Source: Dehalococcoidales bacterium | Lineage (GTDB): Bacteria > Chloroflexota > Dehalococcoidia > Dehalococcoidales > UBA2162 | Direction: 5' to 3' | Assembly: GCA_020354275.1 (NCBI GenBank) | Contig: CP070645.1 | Coordinates: 1,372,788 to 1,412,793 of the forward strand | DNA: 40,006 nucleotides | Shown here: positions 29,946 through 39,076 of the stretch, one piece after another | Layout of the letters: every line of letters begins with the position of its first letter | How positions within the stretch are numbered: position 1 is the first letter of the stretch | The notes under the pieces: model-generated | The model's input: only the letters and a program-made list of their open reading frames with translations | Databases searched by the model: none | Told to the model about the DNA's origin: nothing | Made by a program: the position numbers and the translations under genes

Positions 29946-31493
29946 CTATTTGGCATAATCCACAGCCCTGGTTTCCCTGAGTACAATTACCTTTATTTGC
30001 CCCGGGTACTCCAGGTTCTCTTCTATCTTCTTGACAATATCACGGGCCAGCCGCATAGCCCCCAGATCATCAACCTCCTCCGGTTTGACCAAGATACGGA
30101 TCTCACGGCCGGCTTGAATGGCAAAGGACTTTTCCACTCCCTTGAAACCATTAGCTATATCCTCGAGTGACTTTAACCTTTTTAGGTAACTCTCTATAGA
30201 CTCGCGCCTGACTCCGGGTCTGGCGCTGCTGATAGCATCGGCTGCCGATATAATATATGCCCAGACACTGGTATTGGTGGTCTCGAAATGGTGTTCGGCA
30301 ATACCCTGCACTACTTCCGGGGACTTTTCCCATTGCTTGACCACGTCTGCCCCGATGGCGGCGTGTGTACCCTCTACTTCGCGGTCCAAGGCTTTACCGA
30401 TATCGTGAAGCAGCCCTGCCCTTTTGGCTATGGTAGCATTAGCCCCCAGCTCCGAGGCAATCATGCCAGCCAGGTAGCCGACTTCAATACTGTGGGCCAG
30501 GACGTTCTGCCCGAGGCTGGTGCGATATTTCAGGCGCCCGAGTAGCCTGATTATCTCGGGACGCAAACCGTGTACTCCCACCTGTTGAGCTGCCTGCTCG
30601 CCAGCACTATAGATAGTGGCATCCACCTCTTCTTTAGCCTTGCCTACCACCTCTTCGATACGGGCTGGATGGATGCGGCCATCGGCAATGAGCTTGGTAA
30701 GTGCCAGACGGGCTACCTCCCGTCTCACCGGGTCAAAGCTGGATATGGTTACCGCTTCGGGGGTGTCATCGATAATCAGGTCAACGGCAGTGGCCTGCTC
30801 TAGGGCCCTGATATTCCGCCCCTCCCGGCCGATGAGCCGTCCCTTCATTTCATCGCTGGGCAGCGGCACGCTTATTACCGATGTTTCCGATACTACCTCT
30901 GATGCACAGCGCTGGATGACCTGAGCCAGAATCTCCTGAGCTTTGGCGTCAGATTCATCCTTTAGCTTCTCTTCCCAGCCCCGGAGCCGCCTTGAGGTTT
31001 CTTCATGCAACTCGGTTTCAATTCGGTCAAGCAAAACCTGTTTGGCTTCGGGACTGGACATGCCCGAGATTAGTTCCAGCTGTTTCAACTGTTTGTCCCT
31101 GACCTCGGTAAGCTCGTTACGGATAGCCTCGGTGTTCTTTTCCTTGTTGGTCAGGTTACGTTCGCGTTGCTCCAGACTCTCTATCCTCCGGTCTGCGGAC
31201 TCCAATTTAGAGGATAGACGGTTCTCCTGACGCTGTATTTCGGAACGACGCTCGCGTTGCTCGGCCTCTACTGCCGACTTGATCCTCTCTCCCTCCTCCT
31301 TGGCTTCTTGTAGCAAATCCTTAGCCTCAACCCTGGCTTCGGCTACCGTTCTGGCTGCTTTCCTCTGGGCATTCCTAAGCTGGCGGTTGATAACCATCCG
31401 CCGGAAGAAAAAGACGACGATGCCACCCAGCACCACCCCTATGATAAAACTGGAGATATAAAGTAATATTATGTCTACTCCCATTATATTCAC
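29946..31493 (-). CDS. rny: Ribonuclease Y
   Basis: An N-terminal TM helix is followed by a long coiled-coil, a KH domain ([15 protein letters not shown]) and an HD domain (LLHDIGKA). Confidence 0.96.
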   Translation of the reverse strand: MNIMGVDIILLYISSFIIGVVLGGIVVFFFRRMVINRQLRNAQRKAARTVAEARVEAKDLLQEAKEEGERIKSAVEAEQRERRSEIQRQENRLSSKLESADRRIESLEQRERNLTNKEKNTEAIRNELTEVRDKQLKQLELISGMSSPEAKQVLLDRIETELHEETSRRLRGWEEKLKDESDAKAQEILAQVIQRCASEVVSETSVISVPLPSDEMKGRLIGREGRNIRALEQATAVDLIIDDTPEAVTISSFDPVRREVARLALTKLIADGRIHPARIEEVVGKAKEEVDATIYSAGEQAAQQVGVHGLRPEIIRLLGRLKYRTSLGQNVLAHSIEVGYLAGMIASELGANATIAKRAGLLHDIGKALDREVEGTHAAIGADVVKQWEKSPEVVQGIAEHHFETTNTSVWAYIISAADAISSARPGVRRESIESYLKRLKSLEDIANGFKGVEKSFAIQAGREIRILVKPEEVDDLGAMRLARDIVKKIEENLEYPGQIKVIVLRETRAVDYAK

Positions 31494-31529
31494 CTCACTT
31501 CCCGGCTTCGAGCCAGGTAAATGCTGTCT

Positions 31530-32159
31530 TTAATAACTGACTTGTTCCTGCCACAACCGTTGAATAGTATGTTTTATTATTCCGTAACCAAATCCCCGCC
31601 TCTGGAGATGGCTACCCAGCCGGCGGCGAAAAGCCGCATAATCAGACTGTGGCAAGCTGCGAGCCTTCTTAAGGGCGGCACGATAGGCACTATCTTCGTC
31701 ATCGATATTATCAACCACCTTGTTGACAATATCATCGGCAACGCCCCTCCGCTTCAATTCCAGCCCGGTTAACCACTGGCTGCGCGGGCTGTAAGATTCG
31801 CGGCTGCTCGTCCAGAATCGAGCAAAAGCCGTGTCATCGACAAGGCCCTGCTCCTTCAATTTGGCTATTACCTCCTCTTGAATTCTGTCATTGGTGCCCC
31901 TTTGACCAAGCCTTTCTCTTAGTTCAAACTCACTCCGTGGCCGGTAGCTGATATAGTGAACAGCCATACCGAGTGCCCTCTGAAAGTTGTCCTTACGGAT
32001 AAGTATATTAATCTGGTCGGCTGATAGCCTCTGCCCAACCTTCAGTCCTTCTTTGGCCACTACTTCGGTCTCCAGATAAAAGGCCTGTTTTCCGTCTAGG
32101 AATATTCTAACTCGCTTTGACCGTCCCTTCCCGGCACGAAGGGCAGTAATTTTTTTCAT
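31530..32159 (-). CDS. recX: Regulatory protein RecX
   Basis: The position is immediately downstream of recA. Three-repeat helical pattern: AVHYISYRPRSEFELRERL...DDTAFARFW.... Confidence 0.88.
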   Translation of the reverse strand: MKKITALRAGKGRSKRVRIFLDGKQAFYLETEVVAKEGLKVGQRLSADQINILIRKDNFQRALGMAVHYISYRPRSEFELRERLGQRGTNDRIQEEVIAKLKEQGLVDDTAFARFWTSSRESYSPRSQWLTGLELKRRGVADDIVNKVVDNIDDEDSAYRAALKKARSLPQSDYAAFRRRLGSHLQRRGFGYGIIKHTIQRLWQEQVSY

Positions 32160-32177
32160 TCACCGGCTCCCCTATCA

Positions 32178-32212
32178 ATAATAAAACAAGCTGAGACAGA
32201 CCGCCTCAGCTT
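32178..32212 (-). terminator. Candidate intrinsic attenuator/terminator between recA and recX
   Basis: The minus-strand RNA reads AAGCUGAG-gcggucugu-CUCAGCUU (8-bp stem, 32212-32188), followed by GUUUUAUUAUU. Confidence 0.5.
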
Positions 32213-32256
32213 CAGTGGTATCCAATATTGTCTCTTTATTATCCGGTGATAATTAC

Positions 32257-33276
32257 CTAATCATCGGATGCAAGGTTTTTAGTTTCGCCAGCTGAGGTCC
32301 TAATCTGTTGCTCAATCTCCAGGGCAAGCCCAGGGTTCTCACGCAGGTGCTGCTTGGCATTTTCCCTGCCCTGCCCCAGGCGAATGTCACCATAGGAGAA
32401 AAAGGCGCCAGACTTACTCACTAGCCCCAGCTTCACACTTAGGTCAAGAAGTTCACCCTCCCGGCTAATACCGTGGTCAAACATGATATCAAATTCAGCA
32501 TTTTTGAAGGGAGGTGCCACCTTGTTCTTAACTATCCTAGCCTTGATATGACTGCCTATTATTTCGTTTCCTTGTTTGATAGTTTCGGCACGCCTTAAGT
32601 CTACCCTTACTGAGCTGTAGAACTTAAGTGCTCTGCCGCCCGGCGTCACCTCAGGGTTACCAAAAATAATACCAACCTTTTCTCTTAGCTGGTTGATGAA
32701 TATTACTGCTGTTCCCGTTTTACCGATTGTGGCCGCTAATTTCCTAAGGGCTTGAGACATAAGACGGGCTTGTAAAGCAACGTGGGTATCACCTATCTCG
32801 CCCTCAATTTCAACCTGCGGGACAAGGGCCGCTACACTATCGATTATTATTACATCAACGGCACCGCTCCTGACCAGCGCCTCAGTAATCTCAAGGGCTT
32901 GCTCGCCGGTATCCGGTTGGGAGATAAGCATGTTTTCCACATCTACCCCGCAACGGCTGGCATATGTGGGATCCAGGGCGTGCTCTACATCGATATAGGC
33001 GGCGATACCACCCTGCTTCTGTGCTTCGGCAATGATATGCTGACCCAGAGTGGTCTTTCCCGATGACTCAGGGCCAAATATCTCTGTAATCCTTCCCCTG
33101 GGGATGCCACCTATTCCTAAAGCCAGGTCTAATGATAACGAGCCGCTGGGCAATATACCTACTGCTGGTATGCCAGCAGACTCCCCTAGCCTCATAATAG
33201 AGCCTTTACCAAATCGTTTTTCAATCTGGCCAATAGCTAGGTCTAGTGCTTTTCCTTTCTCCGTGGTCATATTCAC
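32257..33276 (-). CDS. recA: Recombinase RecA
   Basis: [24 protein letters not shown]. Walker A is [20 protein letters not shown] is also present. Confidence 0.98.
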   Translation of the reverse strand: MNMTTEKGKALDLAIGQIEKRFGKGSIMRLGESAGIPAVGILPSGSLSLDLALGIGGIPRGRITEIFGPESSGKTTLGQHIIAEAQKQGGIAAYIDVEHALDPTYASRCGVDVENMLISQPDTGEQALEITEALVRSGAVDVIIIDSVAALVPQVEIEGEIGDTHVALQARLMSQALRKLAATIGKTGTAVIFINQLREKVGIIFGNPEVTPGGRALKFYSSVRVDLRRAETIKQGNEIIGSHIKARIVKNKVAPPFKNAEFDIMFDHGISREGELLDLSVKLGLVSKSGAFFSYGDIRLGQGRENAKQHLRENPGLALEIEQQIRTSAGETKNLASDD

Positions 33277-33434
33277 CTTAGCTTAAGAATAACATAATAA
33301 TTTGACCAAAACAAGCCAAATTTTACCCTTTATGCCCTGTATCTGGAGTTTTTAGAGTATGAGTTTTTTAAAGAAGGGCTGGCTGCTTTCTGGTACTAAA
33401 ACCTGGACTTGGTGAGGTGAAATTTACGACAAAA

Positions 33435-33878
33435 TCACCGGACAATCAAGTCTTTATTAAGTCCAGCGTTCCACACCTGGCAGTTATCTACAAAACCCTT
33501 TAATTTGGTGGACTTTACAATAATAATTTCTGGTCTTATTGCCCCCTGATACCTGAGTATTATCTTGATAACGTCATATATGTCTCTACAACCTGATATG
33601 TCAATATAGACCTTGTTAAATCTGTAACCAAGAGACAGGACTTGTGAGACATCAAAGCCATCTATTTGATAAAATTCTATCCATGGGTAGGTCTTTGCTG
33701 CGGTATGATAGGATTCACCCTTATCAATGCCGACCACTTTCCCCGCTGCCCTGTAGAGAAGGCCGGTCGTCGTGCCCCAGCCGGAGCCTATTTCTAGAAC
33801 GGTATCGCTCTTATCAACGTACTTTAAGATTGTCGCTCTATATTCTTTTACTCCTCTGGTTAATATAACGCGGGTCAT
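33435..33878 (-). CDS. Small class I SAM-dependent methyltransferase-like protein (147 aa)
   Basis: Motif I is VLEIGSGWGTTT, with an acidic residue after beta2 (VVGIDK). AGGAGG SD 8 nt upstream. The substrate is unknown. Confidence 0.6.
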   Translation of the reverse strand: MTRVILTRGVKEYRATILKYVDKSDTVLEIGSGWGTTTGLLYRAAGKVVGIDKGESYHTAAKTYPWIEFYQIDGFDVSQVLSLGYRFNKVYIDISGCRDIYDVIKIILRYQGAIRPEIIIVKSTKLKGFVDNCQVWNAGLNKDLIVR

Positions 33879-33882
33879 ATTT

Positions 33883-34028
33883 GTTCCCTCCTAACCCTCT
33901 ACATGGTTACTCTGGGAACAAAAAAACACCCAAAGCTATACCCCTTATTAAGGAGTACAACTTCAGGCGCTCTGTCTGTTCTCCTAGTCCTGAGCTACTA
34001 CCGCCTGTGGCGGAGCGTCCTCCTGAAG
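33883..34028 (-). promoter_or_regulatory. Structured 5' leader of the methyltransferase gene (bulged 12-bp hairpin, U7 run, SD-occluding helix)
   Basis: On the minus-strand RNA, CUUCAGG..CGCUC (34028-34013) pairs with GAGCGCCUGAAG (33972-33961). A U7 run lies at 33926-33920. GUUCCC (33919-33914) pairs with GGGAAC (33888-33883), which overlaps the SD. Confidence 0.4.
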
Positions 34029-34052
34029 AACCATATATATTGAATTTCAGAT

Positions 34053-34081
34053 ATTATGCCATATACGCTGACCTTTGTCGA
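34053..34081 (-). promoter_or_regulatory. Candidate promoter (TCGACA-17-CATAAT, extended -10 TGg) for the leader and methyltransferase
   Basis: On the minus strand, TCGACA lies at 34081-34076, followed by a 17-nt spacer and TGgCATAAT ending at 34053. Confidence 0.45.
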
Positions 34082-34119
34082 ATCAATGAAAGTACGGTAT
34101 ATAGATGGGCACGGATGTA

Positions 34120-34848
34120 CTAAAACTCTGGCGATGGCGGCGGGACCCGCTTGTGGTCGGCAGTTGTCCTCATGGCCTCGATTTTCTCCCGTATCCTGTC
34201 CGGTGCTTCACCGGTGAGTAGATAGCGGTCAAGTTCATCATAGCTGAACCCCAGGTCTTCTTCATCGGTCTGTCCCGGCCAGAGACCGGCCGAGGGGGGT
34301 TTGTCGATAATTTCCTGGGGAATGCCGAGGAAGGCAGCCAGCTCCCTTACCTCTTTTTTAACCAGTTTGCCCATGGGCAGGATGTCAACGCCGCCGTCGC
34401 CATATTTGGTGAAGTATCCTGTAGCCAGCTCACTGCGGTTACTGCCCCCGGCTACCAGATATTGATGCCGGTTGGCGAAGTAGTAGAGGGTGAGCATTCT
34501 TAACCTGGCCTTGAGGTTTGCCTGGACCATGGGGCTACTCGGTCCATTCGTTTTTTCGCCAGGCAACACCTTGAGCAGGGCATCAAAAACGCTATCGAGA
34601 ACCACCGTTTCGGTGGCGATGGAAAACTTCCCGGCTACAGCCAGGGCATGTTCCTCGTCCTCAGGATTGCTGTAGCAGGGCATAATCAGTCCGAGTGTGC
34701 CCTGGGGCAAGGCTCGTTGACATAATACCGCCAGCACCGACGAATCAATCCCCCCGCTCATGCCCAGCACTGTCCCTTTACAGCCAACTCCCGAGACCTT
34801 TTCCCTTATCCATAAGACCAGTTGTTCGGCCAGTCGTTCCGTATCCAA
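34120..34848 (-). CDS. nadE: NH3-dependent NAD+ synthetase
   Basis: The PP-loop is GMSGGIDSS. Also YFTKYGDGG and HKRVPPP at the C-terminus. Length is 242 aa with no glutaminase domain. Confidence 0.92.
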   Translation of the reverse strand: MDTERLAEQLVLWIREKVSGVGCKGTVLGMSGGIDSSVLAVLCQRALPQGTLGLIMPCYSNPEDEEHALAVAGKFSIATETVVLDSVFDALLKVLPGEKTNGPSSPMVQANLKARLRMLTLYYFANRHQYLVAGGSNRSELATGYFTKYGDGGVDILPMGKLVKKEVRELAAFLGIPQEIIDKPPSAGLWPGQTDEEDLGFSYDELDRYLLTGEAPDRIREKIEAMRTTADHKRVPPPSPEF

Positions 34849-35000
34849 TCAAGGCTCCGTAATCAAGCGGTGTTTTAACCGCAGTATACTATAATTGAGG
34901 TATTAATGTCTCTGGTCTCCGGGCTTGCTCAGTGCCGTACCTTTGTTGTTTACCCTGGAGGATCTGGCTGTTTGGCTGTTTGCTTTACCAGATTATGTAC

Positions 35001-35059
35001 CCCTGCCGGGGTCAGGCGTCTAATGACGGGTTGAAAGCCCCTTCAGACCCCGGCAAGGG
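35001..35059. repeat. GC-rich 13-bp inverted repeat (one bulge) with a 32-nt loop
   Basis: ccctgccggggtc (35001-35013) pairs with gaccccggcaaggg (35046-35059). There is no U-run on either strand. Confidence 0.6.
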
Positions 35060-35163
35060 CAAATATAATACGCCAGGGCTATCACCAACTCGTCAGGCAG
35101 CACTATAAAGGCTGTTGGTTTGCTTGTCAATATCCGGTGATTGGTTTCACCCATTTTGCCCTG

Positions 35164-35751
35164 CTATCTGGCCAGTTGTCTGCCGACGGAGAAGGGCTTG
35201 GATATAAAATCACCAATCTTGCGGTATTCTCGGTTGGGCAGGAAGACCAGGGGGTCCAGTTTTTCGGTCACTATCCTGCCGTCTTCATTCAGGACCGCTT
35301 CGGCCACATGGGTCTCAACCACCTCCCCCATAAACAGAATAGAGCCGCTGAACTCAACCTCCCGGTAGGTCCGGCACTCGAAATTTAACGGGCATTCAGA
35401 GATTAGCGGGGCAGATATGATAGTCGATGGGACAAGAGTGAAGCCGCAGGTGGTTGCTTTCTCCGGGTCTCTGGTGCCGCTGATGGTGCCGCAGTAGTCT
35501 GCCGGCACATCCTGCTGGCTATTCGGTATGTTTATGGAAAAGTTTCCTTCTGCTTGCAGGAAGGGCGTCGAGTAGTGGTTTTTGCCCACCGCGATGCCGA
35601 TAATCGGCGGCCGGCCGGCTATTATTCCTCCCCAGGCAATAGTCAGTATGTTGGCTGAGTCATCTCCGGTTTTAACAGCAACTAACAGGGTGGGCATGGG
35701 ATAAAGTGCGGTTGACGGGCCAATCTGCTTCTTCTTTACCAGCTCAGGCAT
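35164..35751 (-). CDS. Flavin reductase-like FMN-binding domain protein
   Basis: YPMPTLLVAVKTGDDSANILTIAWGGIIAGRPPIIGIAVGKNHYS matches the PF01613-type pattern. Confidence 0.8.
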   Translation of the reverse strand: MPELVKKKQIGPSTALYPMPTLLVAVKTGDDSANILTIAWGGIIAGRPPIIGIAVGKNHYSTPFLQAEGNFSINIPNSQQDVPADYCGTISGTRDPEKATTCGFTLVPSTIISAPLISECPLNFECRTYREVEFSGSILFMGEVVETHVAEAVLNEDGRIVTEKLDPLVFLPNREYRKIGDFISKPFSVGRQLAR

Positions 35752-36003
35752 TTTTGGGGCACCTCATTCGTTAAATCTTCTCTGCGTAACTGATGCAGAG
35801 GTTTACAGATACCTTAAGTGATAGTGCAACCACTGTCAAATTCCACTAATTACGCGGTCTGTTATTTTCGTAACTCTCATGAAGTGCTTCTTCAAAGGTG
35901 TCAAGAATTACAGTTGGGCAAGCTACCAACCAGGGTTATGATTCGGTGCGTGTTTCGGCATTCAGTCGAAATGGGGTAATGCCTGTTTTTCTCGTCCTCC
36001 AGA

Positions 36004-36033
36004 TTGACTTCCGACATTGTGCTCTCTTATATT
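36004..36033 (+). promoter_or_regulatory. Candidate promoter for the isochorismatase-like gene (TTGACT-18-TATATT)
   Basis: TTGACT lies at 36004-36009 and TATATT at 36028-36033. Confidence 0.4.
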
Positions 36034-36096
36034 GTTCTATTGTTCGCTGATTACGTTTGCCGAAAAACTAATAGCCAGTTGTAGGAGGTAGACAGT

Positions 36097-36702
36097 ATGA
36101 AACAGACGGACCTCAAGGATGTACCACCGGAGCAGGTCATTGTTCTGATGGTTGATTTCCAGAATGCCTTCTGTCATCCCGAAAGCCATACCGTTAATGA
36201 CAAAATAAATAACGAAGCGACCGCTCGCTGGGCAAATGCCTTCGCGTTACGGGCATCGGAACTCGGTGCTTCCGTCGTTTACTCACGTCAGGTGTACGAC
36301 CCGGCGACGTTGACACCTCGGCAGGACCGTTGGGACGCATCCGAAGCCTTATGCGCCAAGGACACATGGGGGTCCGAGCTATATGTGAAGCCGGTTCCCG
36401 GCTCGTTAGTGGTGATAAAGAACAGGTTCGATATCTGGCAGAGCCGTGATTTCCTTGATTATATTGAGCGACGCAAGCCGGAAGGGTTTGTAATATCCGG
36501 CTTCGAGCTTTGTTGCTGTGTCCTGTTTGCGGTATTGGGGGCAGACGAGCGTGGTTATCGCTATGTTGTACCGCAGGATTTGGTATCCGGTATCGATATT
36601 GGTGATTTGACATACAACCGTGCTGTCAGAGAATATCTGCGGTACACTCACGGTGCGCCTGAGTCGTCAGAGACGGTTTTGAAGGAACTGGGAGTGGCGT
36701 AG
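36097..36702 (+). CDS. Isochorismatase-family cysteine hydrolase
   Basis: D-K-C triad context: VLMVDFQNAF, VVIKNRFD and ISGFELCCCVLFA. AGGAGG SD. Confidence 0.82.
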   Translation: MKQTDLKDVPPEQVIVLMVDFQNAFCHPESHTVNDKINNEATARWANAFALRASELGASVVYSRQVYDPATLTPRQDRWDASEALCAKDTWGSELYVKPVPGSLVVIKNRFDIWQSRDFLDYIERRKPEGFVISGFELCCCVLFAVLGADERGYRYVVPQDLVSGIDIGDLTYNRAVREYLRYTHGAPESSETVLKELGVA

Positions 36703-36789
36703 GCCTCGTTGCACCGGGCATAATTTGATAGTTGTAGGAAGGGTCTATGTATTATATCTGCCCGGTACTTAACGGTGGAGTAGAGAGGG

Positions 36790-37107
36790 TTAGTTTGGAC
36801 TTACCCCGAGAACAACCAGAATCCCTTGCTTTGAATTAACCGGTATTTTCAGCTTCTTCTCCTCGGCTGTGTGTACCCCGGGCATATGCGTTATTTCATC
36901 CAGGACATTCGATGGGGAGAACGATTTTTCTAGTTCCAGCGTAACCATTGTTTCTTTGGCAGAGCCTATAGTCTTGATAATCCTGGCCTGGAGCTTCTCT
37001 CTCACGCTGTTGAGGAAACCCTTTATATCACCGGTGCCATCGGTGGCGGGTATGACCAGTGTTACCTCTCTGTTAGCTGTCTGCCTTTCCATGAGTTGTG
37101 TCTCCAT
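36790..37107 (-). CDS. Hypothetical protein (105 aa), no family recognised
   Basis: A GGAAGGAG SD lies 9 nt upstream of the ATG. The protein is balanced and non-repetitive, with an alternating beta/alpha-like pattern. Confidence 0.55.
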   Translation of the reverse strand: METQLMERQTANREVTLVIPATDGTGDIKGFLNSVREKLQARIIKTIGSAKETMVTLELEKSFSPSNVLDEITHMPGVHTAEEKKLKIPVNSKQGILVVLGVSPN

Positions 37108-37305
37108 TTTTTATTGGCTCCTTCCTGATTGGTTGTACATATAACGATAACGAAAAAAGGGTAGATAGTGTCAGGTCATAGCCGGGCTGTGCATCCTGGA
37201 AACAGCGGGGGCTTTTGTATTACCTGTCGCTTTGAAGGAAGGGAACAGTGTGGTTTGGTAGGGCAAAGCATAAAACGGTGTAATTCATACGGTATACGCG
37301 GCCAT

Positions 37306-38721
37306 TCAAGTATGAGGATTTCCCTTTTTACCGCTTTGATTGCGTACCCGGGAAATGCGCCGTGTGGCTATTTCTAAAGGTAGGGCGGTCATTCTTGTCA
37401 AACCACCAATTGAAGCTATGCTTCTCATCGGCGATAGCACTTCGTTTACCACTTCCTGCACGATGATCTTTTCTGTAACTTCGCCTTCTTCTTTAACATA
37501 GGCCAACCGGCCCAGGGCGAGTAGACCGATGAAGAAAGTGATAATAAACAGGAAGTCCAGCCCGCGGAAGTTCACGGCGTAGACAATTATATCCGCCCCT
37601 GGCTGGGTAAACTGGAACCAGAGGGACAGCTCCCGTGTATCGAAAAAATGGCCCAGCATACCGCCGAGGAGCGGTCCGATTACACCAGCGATGGCGGCTA
37701 CCAGGCTCACGGCTGTCAGGTAAGACATCGCTTGTCCCTGGGGCGCTAATTTGAGGGAAATATTACCTCCAGCCAGGGCTAGGCCGGCAAAAGCAATCCC
37801 ACCGAATACCTGGATCATGTATAGTAGCGGCAAAGTAAGGAAATATTTATTGGGGAGCATGGTAAAGCACCAGGCGATTGTTACGAACAGAAAGAGGGGG
37901 GCACATACCCTGAGAACAGACTTGTTGTTGAAGCGGTCGCTTATTTTACCCCAGATGGGAAGGAATATAATGACAGACAGTTGACTCACCGTAAACAGGA
38001 TGGTTATGGTGAAGAGCGGTAATTCTAACCTTTCCAGCATATATATGGTAAAGAACGGCGATGCCAGATTAATGGCCAGGTTCCATATGCCCATGAAGAT
38101 AATCAGCCCCCTGAAGTTCGGGTCTTTAAATGGGACAGAAAGTAATTCAGTAAGGGAAACCCGCTGGCTGCCTTCCGTAACCGGTTCTGGTATCCGATAA
38201 ACGAAGAACAGTGATATCAGACCGAATGTTAGCCCCAAACTGAAGAGGATGGAATAACCGTATGTTGCCTGGTCAGGATAACTTGATTTCCAATAGTCAA
38301 TAAAGTAGCCACCGAGTAGAGTCAGCGACATGGCCGCTAAACTCCCCAGCATCATGCGCCGCCCGAATACACTGCCCAGTCTCTTATCCGGAATGATATC
38401 ACGGAGTAGAGAGTTCCAGGCGGGGCTTGGTACATTCGCCAGCAGGTATACCAGAAATAGAATAAAGACAACGAAGGTAATCCCCTTGTTAAAAAAAAGG
38501 AGGGGAGTGAGGAGTATAAATACCCAGAGAAGCCGGCTTGCTCCGGCAAAGGCGATTGTTAAGCCCCGTCGATAAGGTAACCTGTCGGCAAGATAAAGAC
38601 CGGGGACCTGCATAAGCTGGCTCCCCATGCCTAAAGCGGCAATGAGGCCGATATCAAAGTTATTGGCACCAACCGCCAGAGCAAAGGCGGTGAGAAAAGC
38701 GCCACCTTGCAGGGCACCCAT
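37306..38721 (-). CDS. MFS transporter (5' end probably mis-defined, see findings)
   Basis: About 12 hydrophobic segments. MFS motif A is LADRLPYRRG, after TM2. Conserved N-terminal sequence continues upstream of this ATG without an in-frame start. Confidence 0.85.
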   Translation of the reverse strand: MGALQGGAFLTAFALAVGANNFDIGLIAALGMGSQLMQVPGLYLADRLPYRRGLTIAFAGASRLLWVFILLTPLLFFNKGITFVVFILFLVYLLANVPSPAWNSLLRDIIPDKRLGSVFGRRMMLGSLAAMSLTLLGGYFIDYWKSSYPDQATYGYSILFSLGLTFGLISLFFVYRIPEPVTEGSQRVSLTELLSVPFKDPNFRGLIIFMGIWNLAINLASPFFTIYMLERLELPLFTITILFTVSQLSVIIFLPIWGKISDRFNNKSVLRVCAPLFLFVTIAWCFTMLPNKYFLTLPLLYMIQVFGGIAFAGLALAGGNISLKLAPQGQAMSYLTAVSLVAAIAGVIGPLLGGMLGHFFDTRELSLWFQFTQPGADIIVYAVNFRGLDFLFIITFFIGLLALGRLAYVKEEGEVTEKIIVQEVVNEVLSPMRSIASIGGLTRMTALPLEIATRRISRVRNQSGKKGNPHT

Positions 38722-38851
38722 AGACAGAGAACATATTCCGTCCCATGTTACCGCCCTGATGCCTCTTTTAATATCGCCCTCAGAAAGGCCCCCTTTGGTG
38801 GTAGTAAGTCCCTTTATCCACTGCCAAGGTATCGCTATTCACCATTTAATC

Positions 38852-38860
38852 ATTATAACA
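38852..38860 (-). promoter_or_regulatory. Extended -10 element (TGtTATAAT) positioned for a leaderless transcript starting at ATG 38845
   Basis: The minus strand reads TGTTATAAT-gattaa-ATG. The A of the ATG is the 7th nt after the -10 hexamer, and there is no SD. Confidence 0.4.
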
Positions 38861-39076
38861 ATTTGGTATTGTGGGTGATAGGGACTTCAGCACTGGTGAT
38901 GGTTCCCGGTTGCAGAATAGTCAGACACACAGAATCTACTGGGACCTTTTCCGTTTTATAAGGAGCAGAAACAATCGCATGATGACCTGGAGTTCTGGAA
39001 TCAGCCAACGGTTCTATTTTCTATCGTCATGGTTAAGAAGGCAAGGTTGGAGCTTACGGTGATGATGGGCGTTCGT

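Noticed and set aside
33881-34123. An 80-codon + strand ORF fills the whole nadE/methyltransferase gap and ends in an HTH-like ...ADLCRINESTVYRWARMY.
   Set aside because: It has a TTG start with no SD and a Pro-rich, non-protein-like N-terminus. The HTH-like stretch is too short for a domain and runs into nadE. The gap is better explained by a - strand promoter and leader. A degraded remnant of a mobile-element HTH cannot be fully excluded.
38871-39062. A 63-aa + strand ORF, and the other + strand ORFs 38627..38961, lie in or near the MFS upstream region.
   Set aside because: They have no SD and an implausible composition. They overlap the MFS N-terminal coding region or its promoter on the opposite strand.
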